From the NCBI GenBank assembly GCA_965219095.1, contig CBDCMT010000001.1, forward strand, positions 896,001 through 960,000: a stretch of 64,000 nucleotides of DNA. Direction: 5' to 3'. Position 1 is the first letter of the stretch. The number at the start of each line of letters is the position of its first letter. The position numbers were made by a program, and so were the translations under genes. Below, piece by piece: positions 51,089-60,539 of the stretch. The stretch comes from Bdellovibrionales bacterium. Lineage in GTDB: Bacteria; Bdellovibrionota; Bdellovibrionia; Bdellovibrionales; UBA1609. Below the pieces are notes generated by a model, which saw only the letters and a list, made by a program, of their open reading frames with translations, made no database searches and was not told the DNA's origin.

Positions 51089-51805
51089 TCACACTACCTT
51101 CATCCAATAGAACATTCTCTCTAAAGAAAATTGGATTAAGCTATTTACAAAGTCTGATAAAAAAGGAAGGTAAGTTAAGAAGATAAAGAGAAAAGCTCCA
51201 AAAGCAAGCATTGTATCAGAAAGAAAAGTTCTCAAATAAGGAGACCATCGGTAAGTCAACAAAGTTAAAACTCTAAGAAGGAAAATACATATGACAAAAG
51301 GCAGGGACAGTCTCAATCCTATCTCCACAATTTGCTGAAAAAATAAAGACCAACTAAAACCATCAAAGTGAATCCAGTCATTTGATATAGGTAAAAGTTC
51401 GAAACTTTTCAAAAGAGCTGAAACAAAAGCATAATGTCCGTTTAAGCAGAAAAACAAAACTGTGATCAAAATAATTTGAAAATCGGAAAAAATATCCTCT
51501 CCTTCTATTTGATGGTGAAAAAAGGTAGCCTGAATCAAATTTCCTGAAATATGAGAAGCTACAAAAAAAATACGACTTAAAAACCCTAGAGAAAAGCCAA
51601 TAAAAATCTCTTTAAAGCCTATCCAAAAAAGACCTGTTTTTGGCAAGTGAGGTGTTTCCTGAATCAAAAGAGGGAACAACATAATCGAAAGACCAAAAGC
51701 TAATGTAAATTTAATAAAAAAAGATACCCTGATTTTATCAAAAACAGGCCAAATCATAAGAAACGTCAACATACGCAATGAAATGAAAAAAAAGGACTCC
51801 ATCAC
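51089..51805 (-). CDS. fliR: Flagellar export protein FliR (diverged)
   Basis: R......PVF, KEIFIG..LG, NGH, SFELLP; synteny. Confidence 0.85.
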   Translation of the reverse strand: MMESFFFISLRMLTFLMIWPVFDKIRVSFFIKFTLAFGLSIMLFPLLIQETPHLPKTGLFWIGFKEIFIGFSLGFLSRIFFVASHISGNLIQATFFHHQIEGEDIFSDFQIILITVLFFCLNGHYAFVSALLKSFELLPISNDWIHFDGFSWSLFFQQIVEIGLRLSLPFVICIFLLRVLTLLTYRWSPYLRTFLSDTMLAFGAFLFIFLTYLPFLSDFVNSLIQFSLERMFYWMKVV

Positions 51806-52077
51806 AGGGGAACTCCTTTGAGTGAAGGAATTATATGAAATATCTCCTTTGTAAATTCTAGAATCATATCAAACATCCAAGGGCTTAGAACTATAAGGAC
51901 TATAGAAAGAACGATAACTTTGGGTACAAAGCTTAAACTTGCTTCTTGGACCTGGGTCATGGCTTGGAAAAAACCTAAAAGTAAACCTACAGCTAAAGAT
52001 GTTACTAGTAAAGGAGAAGCTAACATAGCTGTCACTTTAAAAGCCTCTTGAGTTAAATTCAACATAATATCTTCCAT
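51802..52077 (-). CDS. fliQ: Flagellar export protein FliQ
   Basis: FQAMTQVQEASLSFVPK, PWM. Confidence 0.95.
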   Translation of the reverse strand: MEDIMLNLTQEAFKVTAMLASPLLVTSLAVGLLLGFFQAMTQVQEASLSFVPKVIVLSIVLIVLSPWMFDMILEFTKEIFHIIPSLKGVPL

Positions 52078-52084
52078 AAAACCT

Positions 52085-52786
52085 CTAATAAAAACTCTTT
52101 ACAAGAGCGTCTGTTAACAAAGACCATCCATCAACAAATAAAAACAACATAATTTTTAAAGGTAAAGAAATAGTAAAAGGTGATAAAGCCATCATACCCA
52201 TAGACATAAGGAGTCCTGCCACAACTAAGTCAATAATAAGAAAAGGTATGTAAATGATAAAACCTATTTGAAATGCGGTTTTCAATTCAGAAAGGACAAA
52301 GGCTGGCAGTAAAGCCATATTTTTTTCTTCTTGATCTTGTTTTTTACTTAGTTTTTGAAACAATTGAAGGTCTTGTGGTCTTGTTTGATTCAGCATAAAA
52401 GCTTTCAGAGGCTTAAAGCCTTCCTCTAAAGCTTCTTTTTGAGAAATTTTTTCTTCAGCATAAGGTTGGAGGCTTTTGTTATAGATTTTTTCAAAAGAAG
52501 ATGACATGATGAAAAATGTGAGAAGCAAGGACAAACCTATAAGAAGCTGGTAAGGTAAAAGTTGGGAAAGACCTAAAGCTTGTCTTAAAAAAGAAAAGAT
52601 AATAATAAGGCGGGTAAAGCTTGTCATCATAATTAAAGCAATAGGTATGAGGGCTATCGCTACAAAGTTCATAACAACCTTTAAAGAACCTGCTATATCT
52701 TGGGAGTGATCGAGAAAAGAAATCAAATCCCCAGCCCAGGAGGTCAAAGGAAAAAACAGAAAAAGTAGAAGTAATTTTATTTTCAA
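52085..52786 (-). CDS. fliP: Flagellar export protein FliP
   Basis: MTSFTRLII...LRQALG, PAFVLSELKTAFQIGF, SMGMM.L.P, LP.K..LF..VDGW. Confidence 0.96.
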   Translation of the reverse strand: MKIKLLLLFLFFPLTSWAGDLISFLDHSQDIAGSLKVVMNFVAIALIPIALIMMTSFTRLIIIFSFLRQALGLSQLLPYQLLIGLSLLLTFFIMSSSFEKIYNKSLQPYAEEKISQKEALEEGFKPLKAFMLNQTRPQDLQLFQKLSKKQDQEEKNMALLPAFVLSELKTAFQIGFIIYIPFLIIDLVVAGLLMSMGMMALSPFTISLPLKIMLFLFVDGWSLLTDALVKSFY

Positions 52787-52787
52787 T

Positions 52788-53744
52788 TCAAGACACCTCT
52801 TCTGTAAATTTCAGCTCACTGTATTTATGAGGAGCTACTTCACAAGATGTCTGTTCTTTTTGAGTGTGATTTTTTAAAGGGCTTTGAGAGGGAAGTTTTT
52901 TAAGAAAAGATATATTATAGTCAGTAATTCCTAAAAGTAAAAACTCATCACCAATCTTCACAATAGATAAACTTTTTTTAGTACCTAAATAGTGCTGGTG
53001 GATGATTTCCATAGAGTAATTTTTGTTTTTGAAAAGAGGAGGGGTAAAAACATTCTTTTTTTTCCAAAATAAGAGCAAAAGCGTTCCTAAGAGAAGAAAA
53101 GATAAGAGTCCAAAAAACTTAGACAAAAAAGAAGATTGCTTATGGTTTAAACTTTCAAGTTTTGAAGGTTTTTTTAGCTGTAAGGCTTTCTGTGATGAAA
53201 ACTCTTGTGAGGGGTTTTTTTTTGAAAGGACTTTTTTTCTGAACTTCTGACTGTTCTTTGTTGTTTTCCTAAACTTTGATTCCCCCGTTCTTTTTAAACC
53301 CTTTGTTGTAGCTAAAAGAGGTGCTGTAAAAGAACGGTTTGCACCTTGTTTAATAGCTATACGGAGCATATGAGAGCTAAAAGACAGATTGACTTTTCCT
53401 GAAAAATCTTTCGCTTGGAACTTTTTTTGATAAATGATCCGAGTCCTTAATATTTTTTTATTGAATTGATAAATATAAATACTTTTTACTTTGTCATTTT
53501 TTATTTTTTTTACAAACGGCTTCTTTAAGAAACCTCCAGGAATGTTTACCTGAACAGTCTGGTTAATGTAATCTACAGAAACTTTTTCAAAGTCTATGGT
53601 GTTATCGAAAATAAGCTCAGTAATAAACCAGTCTTTTTCTTGATAGGAATAAAAGTCTTCAAGATAGGATGTTTCCAAAAGAGAGGCACTTGACAAGGGA
53701 AAGTAGAAAAAGACTCCTAAAAAATATATGATGAATTTAAACAT
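52788..53744 (-). CDS. fliO: Long FliO-type protein with periplasmic N-terminal domain
   Basis: DYINQTVQVNI, TM helix, QHYLG.KKSL.IVKI..E.LL.G.TD.NI. Confidence 0.8.
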   Translation of the reverse strand: MFKFIIYFLGVFFYFPLSSASLLETSYLEDFYSYQEKDWFITELIFDNTIDFEKVSVDYINQTVQVNIPGGFLKKPFVKKIKNDKVKSIYIYQFNKKILRTRIIYQKKFQAKDFSGKVNLSFSSHMLRIAIKQGANRSFTAPLLATTKGLKRTGESKFRKTTKNSQKFRKKVLSKKNPSQEFSSQKALQLKKPSKLESLNHKQSSFLSKFFGLLSFLLLGTLLLLFWKKKNVFTPPLFKNKNYSMEIIHQHYLGTKKSLSIVKIGDEFLLLGITDYNISFLKKLPSQSPLKNHTQKEQTSCEVAPHKYSELKFTEEVS

Positions 53745-53770
53745 AAGCCCTCCTAGCTTTATTGGTTGTA

Positions 53771-54352
53771 TTAAATTCTCTTAAAATTTTTCAAATAAAC
53801 TTGAACAATTTCTCCTTTTGTTAGAAACTGATTTAATCGTGTTTTTATTTTATCCTGTATGAGGTTGACTTTTCTTTCATTAGAAAAATCTGAAAAATCT
53901 GTTTTAGATAACATCATGAGAGAAAATTTTCTTATTTGGTTTTCTGTATTTTTAACCTCTTTTTTAGCAGAATCTTGATTTAAATAAAACTCTACATCCA
54001 AACGGGCTATTTTTTTTCCTGATGAGGAGTTTAAATGTAGTAAAAAATCAGACAACTCAAGTTTAGGACCCTTATGATGAAGTATGATAAAATCTTTCCT
54101 CAAAATTTGATCCGTAATGACAAGTTGCTCATAAGACACCGATCGATTCCACTGAAAGTAAGTTAAAATTAGAAACACAACAATGACTTGAGAGCTTAAG
54201 AAAAGAGAGAGCTTTTTTTTGTTCTCTGAATCGGATTTATTCTCTGAAGGGATGTTGTAGCCAGACTTATAAGCTTCTAGCTTAGAAGCTGTATTATGAC
54301 ACTCCACTTTATAAGCACAGTTATGGTTTTTTTTCATACACTCAAACCTCAA
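53771..54352 (-). CDS. fliL: FliL-like protein
   Basis: Single TM; L..F...L....GKKIA, QIR......LS, N.FLTKG.I..VY. Confidence 0.75.
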   Translation of the reverse strand: MRFECMKKNHNCAYKVECHNTASKLEAYKSGYNIPSENKSDSENKKKLSLFLSSQVIVVFLILTYFQWNRSVSYEQLVITDQILRKDFIILHHKGPKLELSDFLLHLNSSSGKKIARLDVEFYLNQDSAKKEVKNTENQIRKFSLMMLSKTDFSDFSNERKVNLIQDKIKTRLNQFLTKGEIVQVYLKNFKRI

Positions 54353-54513
54353 TACTTCATTTTACTCTCCGTAGAGAAGAACTACCATAGAGCTTTCGGA
54401 CAAAATGCTTGATTTCTTTACAAAAACAGTCTCTTTGTCTTATTAAAATAGACTTTTGTGCCCGCTGTCTTAATTTTGACAAGCTTTCCTAATCAAGCTA
54501 TACTTTAGTCCTA

Positions 54514-54990
54514 GTGTTGATTCAAAAGACGTTTTTACATTTTCTTTTTCTCCTTTTTTTCTTTTTTTGTTCTTTTTGTCTAGGAGTGTACTGGAGGGAG
54601 CTTGTTCGACCCTCTCAAGCCACCTCATCTAAATCATATCCCCCCCAGTTGCAACAAAAGTTTAGCTCTTCTAAAACTAGGGCAGGTTTCTCAAAATTGC
54701 AAAAAAAATCAAAACCTCAAACCCATTCTCTTCAAAAGAAAAAAAACTATACCCTGCAAATAGCCTCTTATAGGGATGAAAGAGATGCTGTTTACCACAG
54801 TCTTTCGCTAAAGTCTCAAGGCTATACAGCGTTTTATAGAAAAGCCCTTATACGAAAAAAAACATGGTATCGTGTGTTTATGGGTTTGTTTGACCATTAC
54901 CAAGAAGCACGCACTTTTAAAAACAAACTTATAAGGAAAAATAAATTAAAGGAGGCTTTTGTTTTTAAACTTCATGAACCATCACTCTAA
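54514..54990 (+). CDS. SPOR domain protein
   Basis: TM anchor; YTLQIASY, WYRVFMG.F. Confidence 0.85.
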   Translation: MLIQKTFLHFLFLLFFFFCSFCLGVYWRELVRPSQATSSKSYPPQLQQKFSSSKTRAGFSKLQKKSKPQTHSLQKKKNYTLQIASYRDERDAVYHSLSLKSQGYTAFYRKALIRKKTWYRVFMGLFDHYQEARTFKNKLIRKNKLKEAFVFKLHEPSL

Positions 54991-57256
54991 AAGCCTTTTT
55001 TTCGAAAACAAACTCAATTTAGCCCAAAACCAAGCTGTCTCTTGCATTGATGGCCCCCTTCTTGTTTTAGCAGGGGCTGGTTCAGGAAAAACAAGGGTTC
55101 TGACTTATCGTATGGCGGAAATCATCCTTAGGAAAAAAGCCTCTCCTACTGAGATTCTATGTGTCACTTTCACCAACAAGGCCGCAGAAGAGATGAAACT
55201 TAGAATTGAAAGTATTTTATCTGGCTTAGAGCTCAATTTACGTCAAAATCTCTGGGTGAGTACTTTTCACTCTTTTTGTTTTCGCATCCTACGGCAAACC
55301 ATTCACCTTATAGGCTATGATTCTAACTTTTTAATCTATGACCAAGCTGATCAGTTGAATCTTATTAAAACCTGCATGAAAGAATTAAGGATAAACACCC
55401 AAACCTTAGACCCTAAAAAAGTTCAAAGTTCATTACAAAAAGTAAAAAATTTAGGTCTGTCGCCTTCTTCAGGGCAGCTTTCCTATTTTATGAGCCACAG
55501 AGAAAAAATCGTTTATAACCTCTACGAACAGAAGCTCAAAGAATCACAAGCACTGGATTTTAATGACTTGTTGTTAAAGACTTATGAAGTCTTTAACAAA
55601 AGCCCCCAAACCTTAGAACACTATCAAAACCATTTTCTTTATATTATGGTTGACGAGTACCAAGATACAAATGCCATTCAATATAATTTACTCAAACAAT
55701 TAGCCCAAAAAAATAAGAACATCTGTGCTGTAGGAGATGAAGATCAATCAATTTACAGCTGGAGAGGTGCTGATTACTCTAACATCACAAATTTTAAAAG
55801 AGACTTTAGAGGAACAAAGACCATAAAGCTAGAGGAAAACTACAGGTCTTCTAAAAACATTGTAAGTGCTGCTAATGGCTTGATCTCTAAAAACAAAAAA
55901 AGAAGTGCTAAAACTCTATTCACTCATAATCCAGAAGGAGAAAAAATTCTTCTCTTTAATTTAAAAAATGAATACGATGAAGCCCGGTTTATTGCAGAGA
56001 CCATCTCTCAAGAAATACAATTCAGATCTTTAGATGAAGTTGCCATTTTTTACAGAACAAATGCTCAGTCAAGAACTTTAGAAGAAGAACTTAGGAGACA
56101 CGACTTAAAGTATAAAATTGTAGGTGGTATGAAGTTTTATCAAAGAAAAGAAATTAAAGATCTTTTAGCTTACTTGAGACTGATTGTAAATTCCAAAGAC
56201 AACATGGCCTTTCAGAGAATCATCAATACTCCTATAAGAGGTCTTGGAAAAACAACAATTAATAAACTAGAGGATTTTTCTTTAGAAAATTCTAAATCAT
56301 TCTACGAAGCTATCCCTATTTGCTTGGAAACAGATCTTTTTAACTCAAGTATAAAGAAAAAGCTTTTAGATTTTTATAAATTGATAGCTGACTTAAGAAA
56401 ATTTTCCTTATCTCACTCTCCTAAAAACGTTTACACGAAAGTGTTAAACCAAACAGAGTACATAGAAATTTTAAAGAAAAAGAATCCCTTAGAAGCAGAA
56501 AACAAATCTGAAAATCTAGAAGCTTTCTATAATGCTTTAGAAGCTTTTGAAAAAAAGCATAAAAGAAAAGCAAAAATTGAGCTCTTTTTAGAAGAGTTGT
56601 CTTTGAGCTCCGATTCAGAAGATGAAGAACAACACTCTTCTGACTGTGTTCATTTAATGACTTTACATGCTTCAAAGGGTTTAGAATTTCCAGTTGTATT
56701 TATCATAGGTTGTAATGAAAACCTACTCCCTTCGTCACAATCCACCCAATCATCTCAACTTTTAGAAGAAGAAAGAAGGCTTTTTTATGTCGGAATGACA
56801 AGAGCAAAAGAAAAGCTCTATCTTTCCTACTCCCATACAAGAAAAAACTGGGGTGTAGAGGTTCATTATTTGTCTAGTCGGTTTTTAAGTGACTTGCCTG
56901 ATGATTACATAGAGTGCTTTAACAAAACATCTTATAACATGTTCTCAAAAAAACATAAAAAACCTAATAGCCAAAAACTATGGAAAGCCCCTCTTCCCTA
57001 TAACAAATCTAATAACTACAAAATAGATAAAACCATTCAAGACAGCAGGCATAAAGACGATTGGATTCAAACAAGACCAGAAGAAGAACCCTATTATCTG
57101 TGGAAAAAAGGCATGAAAGTCCTTCACCCTCAATTTGGAAAAGGTACAATTTTTAAAATCGAAGGAAAAGGCAATTCAGAAAAACTGAGCATTTCCTTTG
57201 AAGATCACAGGACAAAAAAATTTATATCTAAATACGTAAAGCTTCAAAGACTTTAA
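54974..57256 (+). CDS. pcrA: ATP-dependent DNA helicase PcrA/UvrD
   Basis: LAGAGSGKTRVLT, TFTNKAA, VDEYQDTN, GDEDQSIYSWRGA, LEENYRS, TLHASKGLEF, EEERRLFYVGMTRA. Confidence 0.95.
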   Translation: MNHHSKSLFFENKLNLAQNQAVSCIDGPLLVLAGAGSGKTRVLTYRMAEIILRKKASPTEILCVTFTNKAAEEMKLRIESILSGLELNLRQNLWVSTFHSFCFRILRQTIHLIGYDSNFLIYDQADQLNLIKTCMKELRINTQTLDPKKVQSSLQKVKNLGLSPSSGQLSYFMSHREKIVYNLYEQKLKESQALDFNDLLLKTYEVFNKSPQTLEHYQNHFLYIMVDEYQDTNAIQYNLLKQLAQKNKNICAVGDEDQSIYSWRGADYSNITNFKRDFRGTKTIKLEENYRSSKNIVSAANGLISKNKKRSAKTLFTHNPEGEKILLFNLKNEYDEARFIAETISQEIQFRSLDEVAIFYRTNAQSRTLEEELRRHDLKYKIVGGMKFYQRKEIKDLLAYLRLIVNSKDNMAFQRIINTPIRGLGKTTINKLEDFSLENSKSFYEAIPICLETDLFNSSIKKKLLDFYKLIADLRKFSLSHSPKNVYTKVLNQTEYIEILKKKNPLEAENKSENLEAFYNALEAFEKKHKRKAKIELFLEELSLSSDSEDEEQHSSDCVHLMTLHASKGLEFPVVFIIGCNENLLPSSQSTQSSQLLEEERRLFYVGMTRAKEKLYLSYSHTRKNWGVEVHYLSSRFLSDLPDDYIECFNKTSYNMFSKKHKKPNSQKLWKAPLPYNKSNNYKIDKTIQDSRHKDDWIQTRPEEEPYYLWKKGMKVLHPQFGKGTIFKIEGKGNSEKLSISFEDHRTKKFISKYVKLQRL

Positions 57257-57498
57257 CAAAACAAAAAGGGAACAAAATTTTGTCATTTTGATCTTAAAAA
57301 ATCAAGCTACCTAACCCTTTGAAATTTAAGACAAAATAAAACAGTAGCAAAAAACTGTTTTACTTTTTAACAACTGATCATATTTTTTACATGTCCTTTT
57401 TCTTGTTTTTCATCAATCATTTCAATAAGTTAAAAATTCTATGGATTTTTTATTTTTTGGCCTTATTTTTGAAGTTCTTAAAAGTAAAGGAGGTTTTT

Positions 57499-58545
57499 AT
57501 GAAAAAATCAAGTCCCATATTTTTAAGCCTTATGACTTTAGTAGCTTTTAACCTATGGTTGGAGCAAACCCCTACAGGAGGAACTGAAATGTTCTCTGAA
57601 TCTGAATGTCCTGAAGAGAATACCTTCACTTCAGAAGACGGAAGGAAATTGTGTTGGGATCCAACTCTAGAACAAGCTACTACGTGTACAGACTGTACAA
57701 ACGCAAAATCGTCAGTTAGGATCAGAGGAGGAATACTTCTTCGCAAAGGAGAGTATTTTACACCCTTTGATGAAGATAAAGTAAATTATGAAGAAATTTG
57801 GCCTGATAAACTTGAAGCCTGTTTTGAAGAAGACTTTTCCGAAGAAGCTAAAAGAACACTTATTAGCCTTTCTAGAATTAATGACGAAAGCCTATCGAGT
57901 AAAAAAGAGGAGTACAAAAAACAACTAGAAAACATCGAAGAGACCTTGAGGGAAGCAAAAAGAGAGGAAGTAAAGAACTTTGATTTCTTTGACGATACAG
58001 AAGATGATAGCTTTAAAGAGAAAGGGAGTGAAATTTGTGCAGGACAAATTGTGCATCTTATGAGTAAAAAAACAGTTGATTGGACTAAAAATCAAAGGTG
58101 GATCAAGGCTCTAAAGACAAAATTTTATAATATTTCTAAGCTTCATAATTTTGCAAAAAAGGTAAGTAAAGAAAAAATAGCTCTTAGTAAAATTAAAGAT
58201 ATTAAAGGCTACATAAATCAAAGGTCTAAGATAGATCAAATAGAAAAAGAACTCTATCAAATCTTTGTTAAAACAGAGGGTAAAGATTTCAAAGATGATT
58301 CTTTTAAAAGTCTTATTTCACAGGTAAAAGAAAATATTAATGATGGCATGATTAGACTTAAAGATGATCTTTTCCACAATAGGTGGGGAAATAATGGAAA
58401 TAGGCGGGAAAATAATGGGAATAGGCGGGAAAATAATGGGAATAGGCGGGAAAATAATGGGAATAGGCGGGAAAATAATAGGAATGAAAACAACTCTAAT
58501 AACCTTTCTCCTATATCTCGCCCTAATAATTTGAGGCCTTTGTGA
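57499..58545 (+). CDS. Hypothetical exported protein with C-terminal NNGNRRE repeats (likely start MKKSS)
   Basis: AAGGAGG RBS before ATG 57499; hydrophobic N-terminus. Confidence 0.72.
   Translation: MKKSSPIFLSLMTLVAFNLWLEQTPTGGTEMFSESECPEENTFTSEDGRKLCWDPTLEQATTCTDCTNAKSSVRIRGGILLRKGEYFTPFDEDKVNYEEIWPDKLEACFEEDFSEEAKRTLISLSRINDESLSSKKEEYKKQLENIEETLREAKREEVKNFDFFDDTEDDSFKEKGSEICAGQIVHLMSKKTVDWTKNQRWIKALKTKFYNISKLHNFAKKVSKEKIALSKIKDIKGYINQRSKIDQIEKELYQIFVKTEGKDFKDDSFKSLISQVKENINDGMIRLKDDLFHNRWGNNGNRRENNGNRRENNGNRRENNGNRRENNRNENNSNNLSPISRPNNLRPL
58390..58473 (+). repeat. 21-bp coding VNTR, four copies
   Basis: AATAATGG(A/G)AATAGGCGGGAA x4. Confidence 0.92.
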
Positions 58546-58586
58546 CCAGTCGGCCAACCAACCTCATTAACAAAATTGGCTATGGG

Positions 58587-59963
58587 CTAAAAGCTCATAG
58601 CCAAACGAGTTCCCATACCCCAAGTGTTGTTTTTTCCTCCTAAAGCAGATCCTGAAAACAAATAAGCTCCTTCAAAAATCCACTTAAACGAAGCTACAGG
58701 TTGATAAGTGAGCGACACATCCAATTCATAACCTAAAGTAGAACCTCTATTTAAAAGCTCTCTTCTTGCAAACGCAGCCACAAACGTACTCTGAAGGCTC
58801 CAATTCTGCTTCCATCTAAATTGAACACTAGGAGCTAAAAAATAAGCATTTGTAAGAGTCTCTCCTTCCAAAAACTCTGTACGACGAGACTGACCTTCCT
58901 CTGTTTTAGGATAAAAAAGATCAGTTCCCAAAGCATCACCTTCTCCTAAAGGTTGGTTAAATAAAATGTAAGCTACATTATAGTTGCGATCTAGAAAATA
59001 GCCCTCATAAAGATTTTCTGTACTAGGGTCGTCTCCGGAAACAACTCCTCCTTTGAGGAGATATGTGAATAAAGAGTGCTTACGAGGTATAAATTTCATG
59101 TCTCCTATTACAGCAAAACTTTTAAAATTGACAATTTGTGTTCCAGCCAAGAGGCCTGAAGAACCCCTATGAAAGGCTCCTTCAACAGCCCATTCAAACC
59201 TTTTAAGTTTCTTTTTAGCATAAAGATTCCATAGTTTAGAACTCACACCTTGATCGCTCCTACTTTCTCCAATACTGCCGGTAGGTAAATCATTAGCCTG
59301 AGCTGAACCTGTACGAGACTGGTAATAAAAGCCTGTTTCAATTCCTTTTTCATAGCTATGATAAAAGACTTTGAAATTCCTTTCAGAAAGATCATCAGCT
59401 TCACTACTTTTTCCTTCAGAGAACTTGCTGTAACCAAAAAAGACAGATAAATTACCAAAATGAGTCTCGTAAGAGATCATATCTCTTGTATCGTACCAGT
59501 GATCAAACTCGCTGTAACCACTATTATGAGTGATCCCTAAACCAAAATGAAGAGGGATTCTTCCTACACGAAGAATTCCATAACGGTGAGAGAAGGTAGC
59601 ATACAGGTCACCTACTTGAAGTAGGCCTGAGTTTTGAGTCTGGGAGAGGAGATTAGAATCAAAAAAACTCCCTCCCCCTGAGCCGCTCCCTAAAAATTGG
59701 CCTAATTGGTTGTTTTTATTTACGCAATGATCTTTGTCACAGTTTAAAATATGAAATCTCCCTTGAACTGAAACTCCATCTCTTAAAATTAAAGTAGGCC
59801 TTAACACTAAATGATGAAGAGCGTACTTTCTACCTTTTGTTTTTCCACTTAAGCTGAGATCAGAAAAAGAACCGTATTCAAAGCGATAAACACCTTTCCA
59901 GTTAAACAAATTAGCGTAAGTTGGCAAATTTATGAATATTATGAGAATCAAATATTTTTTCAT
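58587..59963 (-). CDS. Outer-membrane beta-barrel protein
   Basis: Signal peptide, alternating beta strands, VGR.PLHFGLG, LG.ELD, terminal Phe. Confidence 0.75.
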   Translation of the reverse strand: MKKYLILIIFINLPTYANLFNWKGVYRFEYGSFSDLSLSGKTKGRKYALHHLVLRPTLILRDGVSVQGRFHILNCDKDHCVNKNNQLGQFLGSGSGGGSFFDSNLLSQTQNSGLLQVGDLYATFSHRYGILRVGRIPLHFGLGITHNSGYSEFDHWYDTRDMISYETHFGNLSVFFGYSKFSEGKSSEADDLSERNFKVFYHSYEKGIETGFYYQSRTGSAQANDLPTGSIGESRSDQGVSSKLWNLYAKKKLKRFEWAVEGAFHRGSSGLLAGTQIVNFKSFAVIGDMKFIPRKHSLFTYLLKGGVVSGDDPSTENLYEGYFLDRNYNVAYILFNQPLGEGDALGTDLFYPKTEEGQSRRTEFLEGETLTNAYFLAPSVQFRWKQNWSLQSTFVAAFARRELLNRGSTLGYELDVSLTYQPVASFKWIFEGAYLFSGSALGGKNNTWGMGTRLAMSF

Positions 59964-60235
59964 GATTGTCCTTTCCTTATGAGCTCTTCTTCATAATATT
60001 TATAATAAAGTACATTCCATTCCTCTGAACCTTCTATAACATTTCTTTTTAAAGAGCGGATTTTATTTTCTACATTTTGATCTATTTTTTTACACAAAAA
60101 GACAAACTCTTCTACCCCTTTTAAAGCCCATCTCCTTACCTCTTCTTGATTGCTGGATTTAATCATACCCTGCTTCAAAAACTCATTAACCAGTAAATAA
60201 GCTAAACTTTTTTGACGATCTACGGAAAGGTTCAT
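59960..60235 (-). CDS. DUF507-like protein
   Basis: KI.SLKR.V.EGS.EW.VLY.KYYEEE. Confidence 0.7.
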   Translation of the reverse strand: MNLSVDRQKSLAYLLVNEFLKQGMIKSSNQEEVRRWALKGVEEFVFLCKKIDQNVENKIRSLKRNVIEGSEEWNVLYYKYYEEELIRKGQS

Positions 60236-60498
60236 AAAATAAAACCTTTCTTCTCAGCTAATTTCCTTTTTAGCATAGGAAACATTTTGTGTCTTTCAAA
60301 AGATTGGGTTTGTTCTAACTGATCCATCAAAAGATAAACTTCTTCATCCAAACGCTTTTCTTGATCAAAGTCAGTGCGTATGAGAGAACAGCCTTTTTTA
60401 ATAAGGTCTTCTCTAGGCACTTCGTAGGAAATAAGTTTTCGTTCCTCGAGAGTATTTAAAACCATATTCACTAAACACTCGATTTGCTTTTCTCTCAT
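60232..60498 (-). CDS. DUF507-like protein (start uncertain)
   Basis: E..LD.EV, KMFPMLK.KLA..KG.IL; paired with the adjacent small gene. Confidence 0.65.
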   Translation of the reverse strand: MREKQIECLVNMVLNTLEERKLISYEVPREDLIKKGCSLIRTDFDQEKRLDEEVYLLMDQLEQTQSFERHKMFPMLKRKLAEKKGFIL

Positions 60499-60539
60499 AC
60501 TTTTGACTAAAAAAACTCTTGGGGGTATTGTCAAGGAAG

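Noticed and set aside
48653..52786. Non-flagellar injectisome (SctRSTUV)
   Set aside because: Association with fliL, fliO, flhF and fliA shows flagellar origin
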